The notes under the pieces: generated by a model
What the model was told of the DNA's origin: nothing
What the model saw: the letters and a program-made list of their open reading frames with translations, nothing else
The model's database searches: none
Shown here: in pieces, positions 9,257-20,843 of the stretch
Layout: the number at the start of each line of letters is the position of its first letter
Position numbering within the stretch: position 1 is the first letter of the stretch
Program-made: the position numbers and the translations under genes
Assembly: GCA_017938725.1 (NCBI GenBank)
Contig: JAGBAW010000003.1
Coordinates: 2,980 to 66,979, forward strand
Source of the DNA: Bacilli bacterium
Lineage (GTDB): Bacteria > Bacillota_I > Bacilli_A > RF39 > UBA660
DNA: 64,000 bases
Direction: 5' to 3'

Positions 9257-9735
9257 AGGAATCTTAATACAGGTTTCTTTTTTTGCAATTAAAAGTCTCC
9301 TTTGAAATATTTCATAGTGAAAGTAGTTGGCAATCTGTTTATTCAGTTTTTGGGACAATTATATCTTCGACAAGTGTAAGTAAATTTACTAAACATTTTA
9401 CATATTTAAAAAGATTAATATGTAATTTTAGCTATTTTATAATATTTATATTACTATTGATGTTGATAGATTATATAGGAGTTATCAATATTAATCAAGC
9501 ACCTAGATTTTTATTAGTTAAAGTATCAGGAGATGATACTATTTACTATGATACACCATTTATGATGTTATTAGGTGTAATGTAAATAATGATAAGGAGG
9601 TTTTTACAGTAATAAGAAATCAAAAATATGATAGAGATAATATAGATGAGCTTTGTAAATAATAAAGTATTAGAATATGAAAATAGTAACGTACTTGATA
9701 ATATTATTTATAATTATTTAAATATTTGTCAGAAG

Positions 9736-9764
9736 TTGACATTAATTATTAATTGAAGTATAAT
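9736..9764 (+). promoter_or_regulatory. near-consensus sigma-70-type promoter (TTGACA-17 nt-TATAAT) for the RiPP precursor gene
   Basis: TTGACA at 9736-9741, TATAAT at 9759-9764, 17-nt spacer. AAAGGAGG RBS at 9771-9778, ATG at 9786. Confidence 0.6.
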
Positions 9765-9785
9765 TTTTTTAAAGGAGGAACTATA

Positions 9786-10010
9786 ATGGATAAAAAAATT
9801 ATTGAATTTAAAAATAATAAAAACAAAATATTTGTTGATGGTAATTTAGCATTAAAATCACATAAAGAAGATTTTAATAAAAAGAATCCAGATGAAGAGA
9901 AATATACTGCACCAAAAGTAAAGAAAATGGTTTTTGAAAAAACTAATTCAAAAATTGTTATGGGATGTTGGCAACAAAGTTATACATCAAATGGTGGAGA
10001 CGGTTGTTAA
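9786..10010 (+). CDS. putative RiPP precursor peptide (74 aa; charged leader, C-terminal core ...KIVMGCWQQSYTSNGGDGC)
   Basis: Strong promoter and RBS. Lys/Glu/Asp-rich leader-like region with a short Cys/Trp/Tyr/Gly-rich C-terminus. Lies immediately upstream of an RRE-radical SAM-SPASM-type enzyme. Confidence 0.6.
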   Translation: MDKKIIEFKNNKNKIFVDGNLALKSHKEDFNKKNPDEEKYTAPKVKKMVFEKTNSKIVMGCWQQSYTSNGGDGC

Positions 10011-10016
10011 ATTAAT

Positions 10017-10055
10017 AAGCTTTTATGAATTGCATTTCATAAAAGCTTTATTATT
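10017..10055 (+). terminator. 13-bp perfect hairpin (AAGCTTTTATGAA-ttgcat-TTCATAAAAGCTT) followed by TATTATT: putative attenuator between precursor and maturase
   Basis: Seen directly. Placement after a precursor gene is typical for setting precursor-to-enzyme stoichiometry in RiPP operons. Confidence 0.55.
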
Positions 10056-10067
10056 AGAAAGGAAATT

Positions 10068-11318
10068 ATGAAAGATTTTGTAATTAGGCAAGGAGAGGAA
10101 ATAACCTTTGCGATTAATATAAAAGAATCAGAAACAATATATGAATTTGATGGTGTTTCTAAGATTATTTTCGATAATATGGATAAAGATTGGAAATATA
10201 TATCAAATATATTAAAAGATAAGTATAACAATGTATCCGAAAAAGAAATGGAAGATGATTATATTAATTTTATTAATGAATTAAAACTATTAAGAATAAC
10301 AAGTGATAATATTGAAAACATAATTATTAATATTGAAAATTGTGATATAAAAAATGCTTCTGTTGAAATTATAAATAGTTGTCCATTTAAATGTGATCAT
10401 TGTTATGTATCAAATAAAAAACAACAAATTAATATAAATGATTATAGAAAAATAATAGATCAATTATCAAGTTTAAATTGTGTGGAACTATTGATAACCG
10501 GTGGAGAACCATTTCTTCATCCAAATTTTATTGAAATGTATTTATATGCAAAGAGTAAAGGAATATTAGTAAGCATCAATTCTAACATTTTTTTATTAAA
10601 TGATAAAATATTAAATGTTATATGTGAGTATAAGCCGAAAGTAATAGAAGTAAGTTTATATGGATTTGATAATGATAGTTATTTTAAATTTACTCATGTA
10701 AAAAATGCATATTCAATAATAAATAAAAATATTACTAGTTTAATTAATAATAATATAAATATAAGTTTAAAGTCTGTCTTGACTAAAAAAAGCATGGATT
10801 ACATTTATATATTAAAAAAATATGCTGACAATTATAAAATACCATTTAGATATGATTATATAATTTTTCCTAATCAAGATGGATTAAAAGATAATCCTGA
10901 AAGATGTTCTCCAGAAGAAATTGTTAGTGTATTGAAAAAAGATGAAGACACTGTAAACTTTTTTAGAAGTAAGGTAAAAAATATTCCCACAAATATAGAA
11001 GATAATTGTTATATATTTCAATGTAGTATTGGGAAAGATAGAATATTTATTAGTTCAAATTTAGATATAAGACCATGTCTTGTTGTACCTTTCAAATATA
11101 ATTTGTCAAAATATACCATTAAAGAAGCATACTATAAATTTAAGAATATTTCTAAAATATATAAAAATAATAAAGATAATAAGTGTATAAATTGTAATAA
11201 AAAATCAATATGTAGATATTGCCCTGGCAAATTTTATATGGAAACTGGAAGTTTTGAAACTATACCGGATTTTTATTGTGACTTAGCAAATAAAATAATA
11301 AAGGAGTTTAGTTTGTGA
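10068..11318 (+). CDS. radical SAM peptide-maturase-like protein (N-terminal PqqD-like RRE region, Cx3Cx2C core, Cys-rich SPASM/twitch-type C-terminal domain)
   Basis: CPFKCDHC motif at ~aa 105-112. The N-terminal ~95 aa resemble a PqqD-like peptide-binding domain. C-terminal cysteines: CYIFQC...C...CINCNKKSICRYCPG. Confidence 0.9.
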   Translation: MKDFVIRQGEEITFAINIKESETIYEFDGVSKIIFDNMDKDWKYISNILKDKYNNVSEKEMEDDYINFINELKLLRITSDNIENIIINIENCDIKNASVEIINSCPFKCDHCYVSNKKQQININDYRKIIDQLSSLNCVELLITGGEPFLHPNFIEMYLYAKSKGILVSINSNIFLLNDKILNVICEYKPKVIEVSLYGFDNDSYFKFTHVKNAYSIINKNITSLINNNINISLKSVLTKKSMDYIYILKKYADNYKIPFRYDYIIFPNQDGLKDNPERCSPEEIVSVLKKDEDTVNFFRSKVKNIPTNIEDNCYIFQCSIGKDRIFISSNLDIRPCLVVPFKYNLSKYTIKEAYYKFKNISKIYKNNKDNKCINCNKKSICRYCPGKFYMETGSFETIPDFYCDLANKIIKEFSL

Positions 11319-11319
11319 T

Positions 11320-11802
11320 ATGATAAAAGTATATGACGGAAATAAAATTAATGATACTATATTAGATCAAATGTATAAAATTTTAATTGAAAATTTATTT
11401 ATCACGTATCCCTCTTTTTTAGATAATAGAGATAAACATGATAATGAAAAAAATTATAACATATGGACTAATATGATAAAAACAACAGAAAATTATAATG
11501 TAATTATATATAAGGAAAATAATAAAGTTTTTGGATTTTTAAATTATTGTATTATAGATTCGAATTTATGGATTTCAGAAGTTCAAATAAAAGATGAATA
11601 TAAAAACAAAAGAATATTAAAAAAATTAATAAATAAATTTGTTTTAATAGAAAAAAATAGAAAATATTCTACTGTTACAATACATATAAACGATGAAAAT
11701 ATATTATCTAAAACAGTTTTTGAACATATTGGGTTCAAATCTGTCGGGGACACATTATATAAAATAAATATAAAAGATTTAATTGATTGGAGTATTTGTT
11801 AA
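11320..11802 (+). CDS. GNAT-fold acetyltransferase-like protein (tentative)
   Basis: Translationally coupled to the rSAM gene (TGA-a-ATG). Central and C-terminal pattern is reminiscent of GNAT motif A/B (KNKRILKKLINKF...VFEHIGFK), but the signature is weak. Confidence 0.5.
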   Translation: MIKVYDGNKINDTILDQMYKILIENLFITYPSFLDNRDKHDNEKNYNIWTNMIKTTENYNVIIYKENNKVFGFLNYCIIDSNLWISEVQIKDEYKNKRILKKLINKFVLIEKNRKYSTVTIHINDENILSKTVFEHIGFKSVGDTLYKINIKDLIDWSIC

Positions 11803-11840
11803 TTATAAATATATACAATTAAATAATATTTTAGGACATG

Positions 11841-11960
11841 AAATGGATAAAAATTCAGTATGTAAGGATTTTAGATTAATTAAATTAATAAATGGAAGTG
11901 ATAATTCTTATGAAGATTTAATTTATAAGTATAATATATCCCTTTGTGTTCCCAAAAAAT
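11841..11960 (+). pseudogene. N-terminal fragment of a sigma-70-family (ECF/TcdR-like region 2) factor
   Basis: 39-aa ORF MDKNSVCKDFRLIKLINGSDNSYEDLIYKYNISLCVPKK-stop resembles the start of sigma region 2. It is followed by further short broken ORFs up to ~12100. Confidence 0.4.
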
Positions 11961-12186
11961 AAAAATGATAAATTTAAGTATTCAATTAAGAGAAATGAGC
12001 ATAGAAAAATTAAATTTAGATATAGATAAACTAAGCAAGCTTCCTATATTAGAAATAGAAAGATAACAAGTTAAAAAATTACATATTTGAAGTAATTTTT
12101 TTTTGCCAAATAATTAAAAAATAATGCAAAGAATATACCATAAAAAGACAATATATGATAAAATATTTGTCAGAAAGGTATTAATT

Positions 12187-14280
12187 ATGAATTTAGACAG
12201 TTTAAATGAAAGACAGAAAGAGGCAGTGATAAATACAGATGGTCCAATGTTAATACTTGCGGGCGCAGGATCAGGTAAAACTAAAGTTTTAACAACAAAA
12301 GTTGCATACCTTATAAATGAAAAAGGTGTATATCCTGAAAATATACTTGCTATTACATTTACAAATAAGGCTGCTAAGGAAATGAAATCAAGAATATATC
12401 CCATTGTAGGTAATGGCGCATTTAAGTTACAAATATCAACATTTCATTCATTTGGTCTTAAAATAGTTAAGGAAAATTCAAGATTACTTGGGTATGATAG
12501 TAATTTTACAATACTTGATGCGGATGATTCTTTATCTGTTATAAAGAAGATATTAAAAGATTTAAATATAGATTCTAATAAGTATAATCCAAAAGCAATA
12601 AGAAATGTAATTAGTAATAATAAGAATGAAATGATAGATTCTAAGGATTATGAAAAATTTGTTCATACTGATTTTGATGAAGTAGCAAAGGAAGTATATC
12701 AAAAATATGAGAGAAACTTAAAATTAAGTAATGCGATGGATTTTGATGATTTATTAGTTCTCCCTTTAAAATTATTTAAAGAATATCCTAGAGTATTAGA
12801 AGAATATCAAGAAAGATATAAATATGTATTTATAGATGAATATCAGGATACTAATGAGCCACAATATATATTGTCTAAGATGATAGCAGCTAAATATAGA
12901 AATATAACTGTAGTTGGAGATGCTGATCAAGCAATATTTACTTGGAGGGGAGCAAATTATAAAAATATATTAAATTTTGAAAAAGATTACCCTGATGCTA
13001 AGGTAGTATTACTTGAGGAGAATTATAGATCTACTAAGACAATACTAAATGCTGCAAACAATGTTATTAAAAATAATAAGATAAGAAAAGAAAAAAATTT
13101 ATGGACTGAGAATGAAGATGGATGTAAAATTGTATATTATAAGGCATTTGATGAAAAAGATGAATCTAATTATGTTGTTCATGAAATTAAGAGATTAATT
13201 GAAGGTGGAGTTAGCCCAAATGATATATGTGTTTTATATAGGGCAAATGCTCAGTCTAGAACAGTTGAAGAATCATTCTTAACTAGTAATATTTCCTATA
13301 ATATAGTTGGGGCTTATGCATTTTATAATAGAAAAGAAATAAAGGATTTAATTGCTTATTTAAAACTATTATATAATAGCAAGGATGATGTATCACTTCT
13401 TAGAATTATTAATTATCCAAAAAGAGGAATAGGAAGTAAAGCAATAGAAAATTTAAGTATAAAGAAAGATGTTTTAGAAAAATCTTTATATGAGGTTATT
13501 GATTCTGGGAAGGAATTACAATTTAAAAATCTAATTGAGGATATTAGAAAAGATATCGATAAGTTATCTTTAACGGAACTTATAGACTTAGTGCTTGATA
13601 AATCAGGTATTAGAAATGAACTTGAGAGTGAAAAAACTATTGAAGCTGACATAAGACTTGAGAATCTTGAAGAATTTAAGTCCATAACAAAATCATTTGA
13701 AGAAAAAGAAGGAATAGTATCATTGGGAGAGTTTTTAGACGAATTATCTTTAGTAAGCGATGTTAGTGAGCAAAAAGATGATACAAAAGAAAAGGTAACT
13801 CTTATGACAATGCATGCTGTTAAAGGATTAGAATTTGACTATGTATTTGTAGTTGGATTTGAGGAAGGACTTTTTCCACATATAAACTGTATGGAGTCAA
13901 ATGATGAACTAGAGGAAGAGAGAAGACTTTGTTATGTTGCAATAACAAGAGCAAAGAAGAAATTGTATTTAATAAATGCAAGAAGTAGAATTCTATATGG
14001 ACAAGTTTCTTCTAATATTCCTAGTAGATTTATAAAGGAAATAGGGGAAAATTTACTAGAAACAATTGGTAAAAAGGAAGAGTTTGTATATAAAGAAAAA
14101 ATAGATAAAAGTAAAATGTTTAATGATGATAATGACTTACATCCTGGAGATGTAGTTAATCATGATAAATATGGAATGGGAGTTGTAATATCTATAGATG
14201 GATCTATTGCAACAATATCATTCAAAAAAGATGGAATGAAAAAATTAATGAAAAATCATAAAAGCATAAGGAAGGTATAA
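12187..14280 (+). CDS. pcrA: ATP-dependent DNA helicase PcrA (UvrD family)
   Basis: AGAGSGKT Walker A, UvrD helicase motifs throughout, C-terminal Tudor-like tail. Start chosen at MNLDSLNERQKEAV. Confidence 0.9.
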   Translation: MNLDSLNERQKEAVINTDGPMLILAGAGSGKTKVLTTKVAYLINEKGVYPENILAITFTNKAAKEMKSRIYPIVGNGAFKLQISTFHSFGLKIVKENSRLLGYDSNFTILDADDSLSVIKKILKDLNIDSNKYNPKAIRNVISNNKNEMIDSKDYEKFVHTDFDEVAKEVYQKYERNLKLSNAMDFDDLLVLPLKLFKEYPRVLEEYQERYKYVFIDEYQDTNEPQYILSKMIAAKYRNITVVGDADQAIFTWRGANYKNILNFEKDYPDAKVVLLEENYRSTKTILNAANNVIKNNKIRKEKNLWTENEDGCKIVYYKAFDEKDESNYVVHEIKRLIEGGVSPNDICVLYRANAQSRTVEESFLTSNISYNIVGAYAFYNRKEIKDLIAYLKLLYNSKDDVSLLRIINYPKRGIGSKAIENLSIKKDVLEKSLYEVIDSGKELQFKNLIEDIRKDIDKLSLTELIDLVLDKSGIRNELESEKTIEADIRLENLEEFKSITKSFEEKEGIVSLGEFLDELSLVSDVSEQKDDTKEKVTLMTMHAVKGLEFDYVFVVGFEEGLFPHINCMESNDELEEERRLCYVAITRAKKKLYLINARSRILYGQVSSNIPSRFIKEIGENLLETIGKKEEFVYKEKIDKSKMFNDDNDLHPGDVVNHDKYGMGVVISIDGSIATISFKKDGMKKLMKNHKSIRKV

Positions 14281-14283
14281 AAT

Positions 14284-15195
14284 ATGAAAAAGAAAGATTT
14301 AACATTATTAATAATGGCTGCGGGGATGGGAAGCAGATTTGGAGGATTAAAACAAATAGAGCCGATGGGCCCAAACGGGGAGTTTTTAATAGATTACTCT
14401 GTATATGATGCAATAAATGCAGGATTTAATAAAGTTGTATTTATAATAAAAGAGGAAAATTATGGTGTATTTAAAGATACAATTGGAAAAAGAGTGGAGG
14501 ACAAGGTAAAAACAGAATATGTTTTTCAAGATATAAATGATCTACCAAATGGTTATACTAAACCTGAGGGAAGAGAAAAACCATGGGGTACTGCACATGC
14601 AATTCTTTGTGCAAAAGATAATATACATGAACCATTTGTTATCATAAATGCGGATGATTTTTATGGTAAAGATGCATACATAGTTGCTAGTAACTTCTTA
14701 AAAAGTGTAAAAGATGGAAATAATTATTGTTTAGTTGGATACAAAGTTGCTAATACTTTAACAGAAAATGGTGCTGTAAAAAGAGGAGTATGTAAACTAG
14801 AAAATGGTAACTTGACAGAATTAATAGAAAGTAATGTAGAAAAAATAGATGGTAAAATAATCGCTAAACCATTAGATGGAAGGAAAGCATTTGAGGTTAC
14901 AGAAGATACTTATGTTTCAATGAATATGCTTTGTTTTACACCTACCATATTTAAATATATTGAAAAGAGGTTTCCTAAATTTTTAGAGGATAATAAAGAT
15001 AATATATTACAGGCAGAATATTTAATTCCAGATCTTTTAGAAAGATTAACATTAGAAGGTATTTCTCAAACAATAGTTTTACCAACTGATGCTAAATGGG
15101 AAGGTATAACATATAAGGAAGATAAAGATTCAGTAGTAAAATCTCTTAAATTACGTACGGAAGATGGGGAATACCCACATAAATTATGGAATTAA
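14284..15195 (+). CDS. nucleotidyltransferase-family protein (sugar-phosphate nucleotidyltransferase-like)
   Basis: LIMAAGMGSRFGGLKQ N-terminal nucleotide-binding motif. Positioned between pcrA and ligA. Confidence 0.7.
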   Translation: MKKKDLTLLIMAAGMGSRFGGLKQIEPMGPNGEFLIDYSVYDAINAGFNKVVFIIKEENYGVFKDTIGKRVEDKVKTEYVFQDINDLPNGYTKPEGREKPWGTAHAILCAKDNIHEPFVIINADDFYGKDAYIVASNFLKSVKDGNNYCLVGYKVANTLTENGAVKRGVCKLENGNLTELIESNVEKIDGKIIAKPLDGRKAFEVTEDTYVSMNMLCFTPTIFKYIEKRFPKFLEDNKDNILQAEYLIPDLLERLTLEGISQTIVLPTDAKWEGITYKEDKDSVVKSLKLRTEDGEYPHKLWN

Positions 15196-15229
15196 AAATA
15201 AATTGTAATTAATCTAATATAATAAATAA

Positions 15230-17254
<2,025 letters not shown>

Positions 17255-17294
17255 GTAAAAATATGGTAATATTAATGTAAAGTGTGGTGAGATT

Positions 17295-18344
17295 ATGAAG
17301 GTGTCAGTTATTATTCCAGCATATAATGTTGAACAATATATATCGAGGTGCTTAGATAGTGTTATTAATCAAGTATATAGAAATTTAGAGATAATAGTTA
17401 TTGATGATGCAAGTACAGATAATACAAGTCGAATCATAAAAGAGTACGCAGAAAAAGATAATAGAATAATACCTTTTTATTCAAGTGTTAATAAAGGCGT
17501 GAGTGCTACTAGAAATATTGGCTTAGAGGCATGTACAGGTGATTATATAGTATTTGTAGACTCAGATGATGAGTTAACAAAAGAAGCAATAAGAAGGATG
17601 ATAGATATAGCAGTTAAATACAATTCAGATTTTGTTGATAGTTATCACTTATTGTACTATACAAAAGCAAATAAGAAACAATTATCTTTTACAGAGCATA
17701 AAATTCCTAAAAAATTATTAGTATTAGGAGCAGTTAATGAAAATAAAAAAATATTGAGTATGTATACATATATAACAGGTAAATTATATAGAAGAGACTT
17801 AATAGATAATTTAAGGTTTGATGAATCCTTAAACATATATGAAGATTTAGTTTTTGATAATGAATTAAAATCTAGAGTAAAAAACTATGTATTCTTGAAT
17901 AAAGTTTTATATTTATATTATCAAAGGGAGGATTCTCTTATTAATACCTTTGGTAAAAAACATTTAATGTTTTTAGATGCTGCAAGAAAAGTAAAGGAAA
18001 TATATCTTAACTATAATAAAGATATTAAAGATAAAGTCTCAGCAATATTATTTCAAAATATAGTACTAACCTTGTTTACCAAAGTTATTAAAAATGATGA
18101 CAATCTTGGCGACAATGTTGAAACTACTAAAAAATGTTTAAATGATTTGATAAATATATTTCCTGATTATCAGGATAATAAATATTTAAATAAATTAATA
18201 AAGAAATTTGTTATTAAATATATAAATGATGATGAAAAATTAAAGAAACTTATTAAAAAACTTCAGAAGAAGAATCTAATAAGACTATATTTTAATTATT
18301 TATCTATATTTAATAAATATGAAATAAAAAATCCATTACTTTAG
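17295..18344 (+). CDS. family-2 glycosyltransferase
   Basis: N-terminal VSVIIPAYN...DDASTD...VDSDD GT-A fold motifs. Confidence 0.8.
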   Translation: MKVSVIIPAYNVEQYISRCLDSVINQVYRNLEIIVIDDASTDNTSRIIKEYAEKDNRIIPFYSSVNKGVSATRNIGLEACTGDYIVFVDSDDELTKEAIRRMIDIAVKYNSDFVDSYHLLYYTKANKKQLSFTEHKIPKKLLVLGAVNENKKILSMYTYITGKLYRRDLIDNLRFDESLNIYEDLVFDNELKSRVKNYVFLNKVLYLYYQREDSLINTFGKKHLMFLDAARKVKEIYLNYNKDIKDKVSAILFQNIVLTLFTKVIKNDDNLGDNVETTKKCLNDLINIFPDYQDNKYLNKLIKKFVIKYINDDEKLKKLIKKLQKKNLIRLYFNYLSIFNKYEIKNPLL

Positions 18345-18408
18345 AATTTAAAGTAATTTTTTCATTTATCTAATCTTATTAGAATAAACTTTAATAGGGA
18401 ATGATAAT

Positions 18409-18987
18409 ATGAATTATATAAATAATAGTATTTTACATAACTACATGATTGATGCAAATTATGATGTTACTGGATATATTGCGCTTGATAAAAAAGTTAA
18501 TGGTATAATAAATAAATACATAAACGATTTTGTATATAATTTACCTCCATATAGTGTCGAGCCTAATGTTATATATTACTTTAACTTAAATAATGAAAAA
18601 TATGAGTATAAAAAATATTTATCATATGTATATAAAATTGAAGAATATACTGGTGGAGCACATCCTAGTCATTATATATTTACAGTTATATATGATAAGA
18701 AAAATAATAAAATAATATCAATAATTGATTTTATAAAATATGATAAGATGTTACTAAAAAAATTATCAAAATTAAGTAGAGTAGAATTAATAAATAACTA
18801 TGATTTTGACTTACCTGATGATAATTTAAAATCAATTTTTTATGATGGAACAGAAGGCATATTAAAAAATTATAAAAATATTCTGCCTACAGAGAGTGGT
18901 TTATTGATTATATTTGAAAGATATCAAATTGCGCCATATTATATGGGAGAATTTAGTATTATTTTACCATATGATAAACTTAAGTAA
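18409..18987 (+). CDS. DUF3298/DUF4163 (RsiV/PdaC C-terminal-like) domain protein
   Basis: Characteristic YTGGAHP motif. Confidence 0.6.
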   Translation: MNYINNSILHNYMIDANYDVTGYIALDKKVNGIINKYINDFVYNLPPYSVEPNVIYYFNLNNEKYEYKKYLSYVYKIEEYTGGAHPSHYIFTVIYDKKNNKIISIIDFIKYDKMLLKKLSKLSRVELINNYDFDLPDDNLKSIFYDGTEGILKNYKNILPTESGLLIIFERYQIAPYYMGEFSIILPYDKLK

Positions 18988-19091
18988 AATTACTTGCATT
19001 TTTCCTTTTGATATGTTAAAATTGTTATTGCATGAAAGCAATCCGCTATTTATTTGTAATATGATTGCTGGGTAGAAAGGAAGACATACGT

Positions 19092-19433
19092 ATGAGTAAT
19101 ATTATTGAAAAGATTACTGCTAAACAAATTAATCCTAATATTCCAGAATTTAGAGTTGGTGATACTTTAAGAGTGGATGTTAGAATTATAGAGGGTAAAA
19201 GAGAACGTATTCAAGCATTTGAAGGTGTTTGTGTTGCCAAAAGAAGTGGTGGTATATCTGAAACCTTTACTGTTAGAAAAATGTCATCAGGAATTGGTGT
19301 AGAAAGAATTTTTCCTGTTAATTCACCAAAAATCGATAAAATAACAGTTGTAAGAAAAGGTAGAGTCAGAAGAGCTAAACTAACTTTCTTAAGAGGATTA
19401 GTTGGTACATACAGAATAAAAGAAAGAAAATAA
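19092..19433 (+). CDS. rplS: 50S ribosomal protein L19
   Basis: Highly conserved L19 sequence ([11 protein letters not shown]...GVERIFP...). Confidence 0.95.
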   Translation: MSNIIEKITAKQINPNIPEFRVGDTLRVDVRIIEGKRERIQAFEGVCVAKRSGGISETFTVRKMSSGIGVERIFPVNSPKIDKITVVRKGRVRRAKLTFLRGLVGTYRIKERK

Positions 19434-19457
19434 GGCTTTGTTTGCCTTATTTTTGTT

Positions 19458-20003
19458 ATGGAGGATAAAATGGAGAAAAATGAAAATAAGAAAAAAGAAA
19501 CAATTAAAACAATATTAACCTATGTATTTATTATTATTGCAGTTATAATTATTAGAGTATTTTTTATAGATCCAGTTAGGGTTGATGGTGAGTCTATGAA
19601 TACTACACTTTCTGATGGCGAAATAATGCTTTTAAATAAAATAGTGTATAGGAAAAATGATATTCAAAGATTTGATATAGTTGTTATTGATGAGGGAGAT
19701 AAATATATTATAAAAAGGGTAATAGCTCTTCCAGGAGAAACTATAGAATATAAGAATAATGTACTTTATATAAATGGTAAAGAAATGAAAGATCCATATC
19801 CATCAACTGAAACAGATGATTTTAATATTACCGATATAGGGCATATAAAAGTGCCAGGTGATACTTATTTTGTAATGGGAGATAATAGAAGTGATTCGCT
19901 AGATAGTAGATATCCATCTGTTGGGGTCATTAAGAAAGATCAAATACTAGGGAGGGCAAAATTTGTAATATGGCCTTTTAATAAATTTGGTAAAGTAGAA
20001 TAG
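19458..20003 (+). CDS. lepB: signal peptidase I
   Basis: GESMNTTL (catalytic Ser box), IKRVIALPGE, GDNRSDSLDSR boxes. Confidence 0.85.
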   Translation: MEDKMEKNENKKKETIKTILTYVFIIIAVIIIRVFFIDPVRVDGESMNTTLSDGEIMLLNKIVYRKNDIQRFDIVVIDEGDKYIIKRVIALPGETIEYKNNVLYINGKEMKDPYPSTETDDFNITDIGHIKVPGDTYFVMGDNRSDSLDSRYPSVGVIKKDQILGRAKFVIWPFNKFGKVE

Positions 20004-20005
20004 AT

Positions 20006-20190
20006 GAAATAAGTTCTATAAAAATAGATAGAAGAAAGTCTAGTAATGAACGAATTTTAGATTTTATTATGAAAGTAAAGAATCCATATATATTTAAAGT
20101 GAATGGTAAATTAGTTAGAATTAGATTTTCAGATACAGATAAAACTGCAGAAGATTGCTTAACTAGAGTTTTAGAAAATTTATATAGATA
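20006..20190 (+). repeat. L-repeat copy 1: ~185-bp, ~85% identical copy of the 3' end of the 96-aa ORF at 25563..25748 (no start codon; gene fragment)
   Basis: Translates EISSIKIDRRKSSNERILDFIMKVKNPYIFKVNGKLVRIRFSDTDKTAEDCLTRVLENLYR-stop, against the full gene's ...ELTSIKIDRRKSSEERILDFIMKVKNPYIFKINGRLVRIRFSDTDKTAEDCLTRVLENLYR. Confidence 0.7.
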
Positions 20191-20202
20191 GGTGATGATT
20201 AT

Positions 20203-20709
20203 ATGATAGTATATCATTTTGATATTAATGATTGTTTAAAAAAGAATTCACAAAAACAAGTATTTAAAAAATTGCAATCTAATTTATTTAATACATTTAA
20301 TTATGATAAAGGTAAAGAATATATTCACTTTTTTAGATATAAAAGTTTTATACAACAATTTTTTGATGATGATAATGGTGAAAGTATAATTTTAAGTGCC
20401 GATATTCCAGATGAGTTATTAGAAAAATGTAAAGGATTTGGGTTTTATATTATAGAAAATCAAGAGATGCCTATTCCAGAATATGCTGTACCTTTAGAAG
20501 AATTTAATGAGAATTGTGTTATTGGAGTAGAAAAAATACAAGAAGCAAATATTGAATTTGAAGATCTTAATCAATATAAAAAATATTTAGAGACAATAAA
20601 AAAATTAAAATCAAACGGTATGGATGTTCCATCCATTACAGTAAACTTATTGAATAGCAGTGTCTGTTCTCTAATAGAAAATGTTCAAACAGAAAATAAA
20701 AGAAAGTGA
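20203..20709 (+). CDS. hypothetical protein (168 aa), variable gene of cassette unit 1
   Basis: ORF with AGGTGATGA RBS. No motifs. Bounded by L- and R-repeat copies. Confidence 0.5.
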   Translation: MIVYHFDINDCLKKNSQKQVFKKLQSNLFNTFNYDKGKEYIHFFRYKSFIQQFFDDDNGESIILSADIPDELLEKCKGFGFYIIENQEMPIPEYAVPLEEFNENCVIGVEKIQEANIEFEDLNQYKKYLETIKKLKSNGMDVPSITVNLLNSSVCSLIENVQTENKRK

Positions 20710-20751
20710 TAAAAATGGACAATCGACAAAATTCTACGAATATAAACTCGG
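20705..20751 (+). repeat. R-repeat copy 1: ~47-bp imperfect copy of the rbgA start region (encodes decayed MDNRQNSTNIN... 26-aa stub)
   Basis: AAGTGATAA.AATG...AATCGACAAAATTC.AC.AATATAAACT matches 26298..26351 with a few mismatches. Confidence 0.55.
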
Positions 20752-20843
20752 ATATCGGCAAATATGTAAAACTACTAGGAAACCTTTATAAATAAATTAA
20801 AAAGTATTATATGACTTAATAATATGAATAGGAGATTATAACA

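Noticed and set aside
9283-9585. 100-aa + strand ORF in the gap upstream of the RiPP promoter
   Set aside because: No RBS. Low-complexity hydrophobic/Ile-Phe-rich translation typical of AT-rich non-coding DNA. It overlaps a likely terminator region after the SDR gene, so it was treated as spurious.
9590-9700. Strong RBS-like ATAAGGAGG at ~9598-9607 with only 5-14-codon mini-ORFs (MIEII, MKIVTYLIILFIII) after it
   Set aside because: No ORF of plausible length. It may be a leader-peptide or regulatory remnant, but this cannot be supported from sequence alone.
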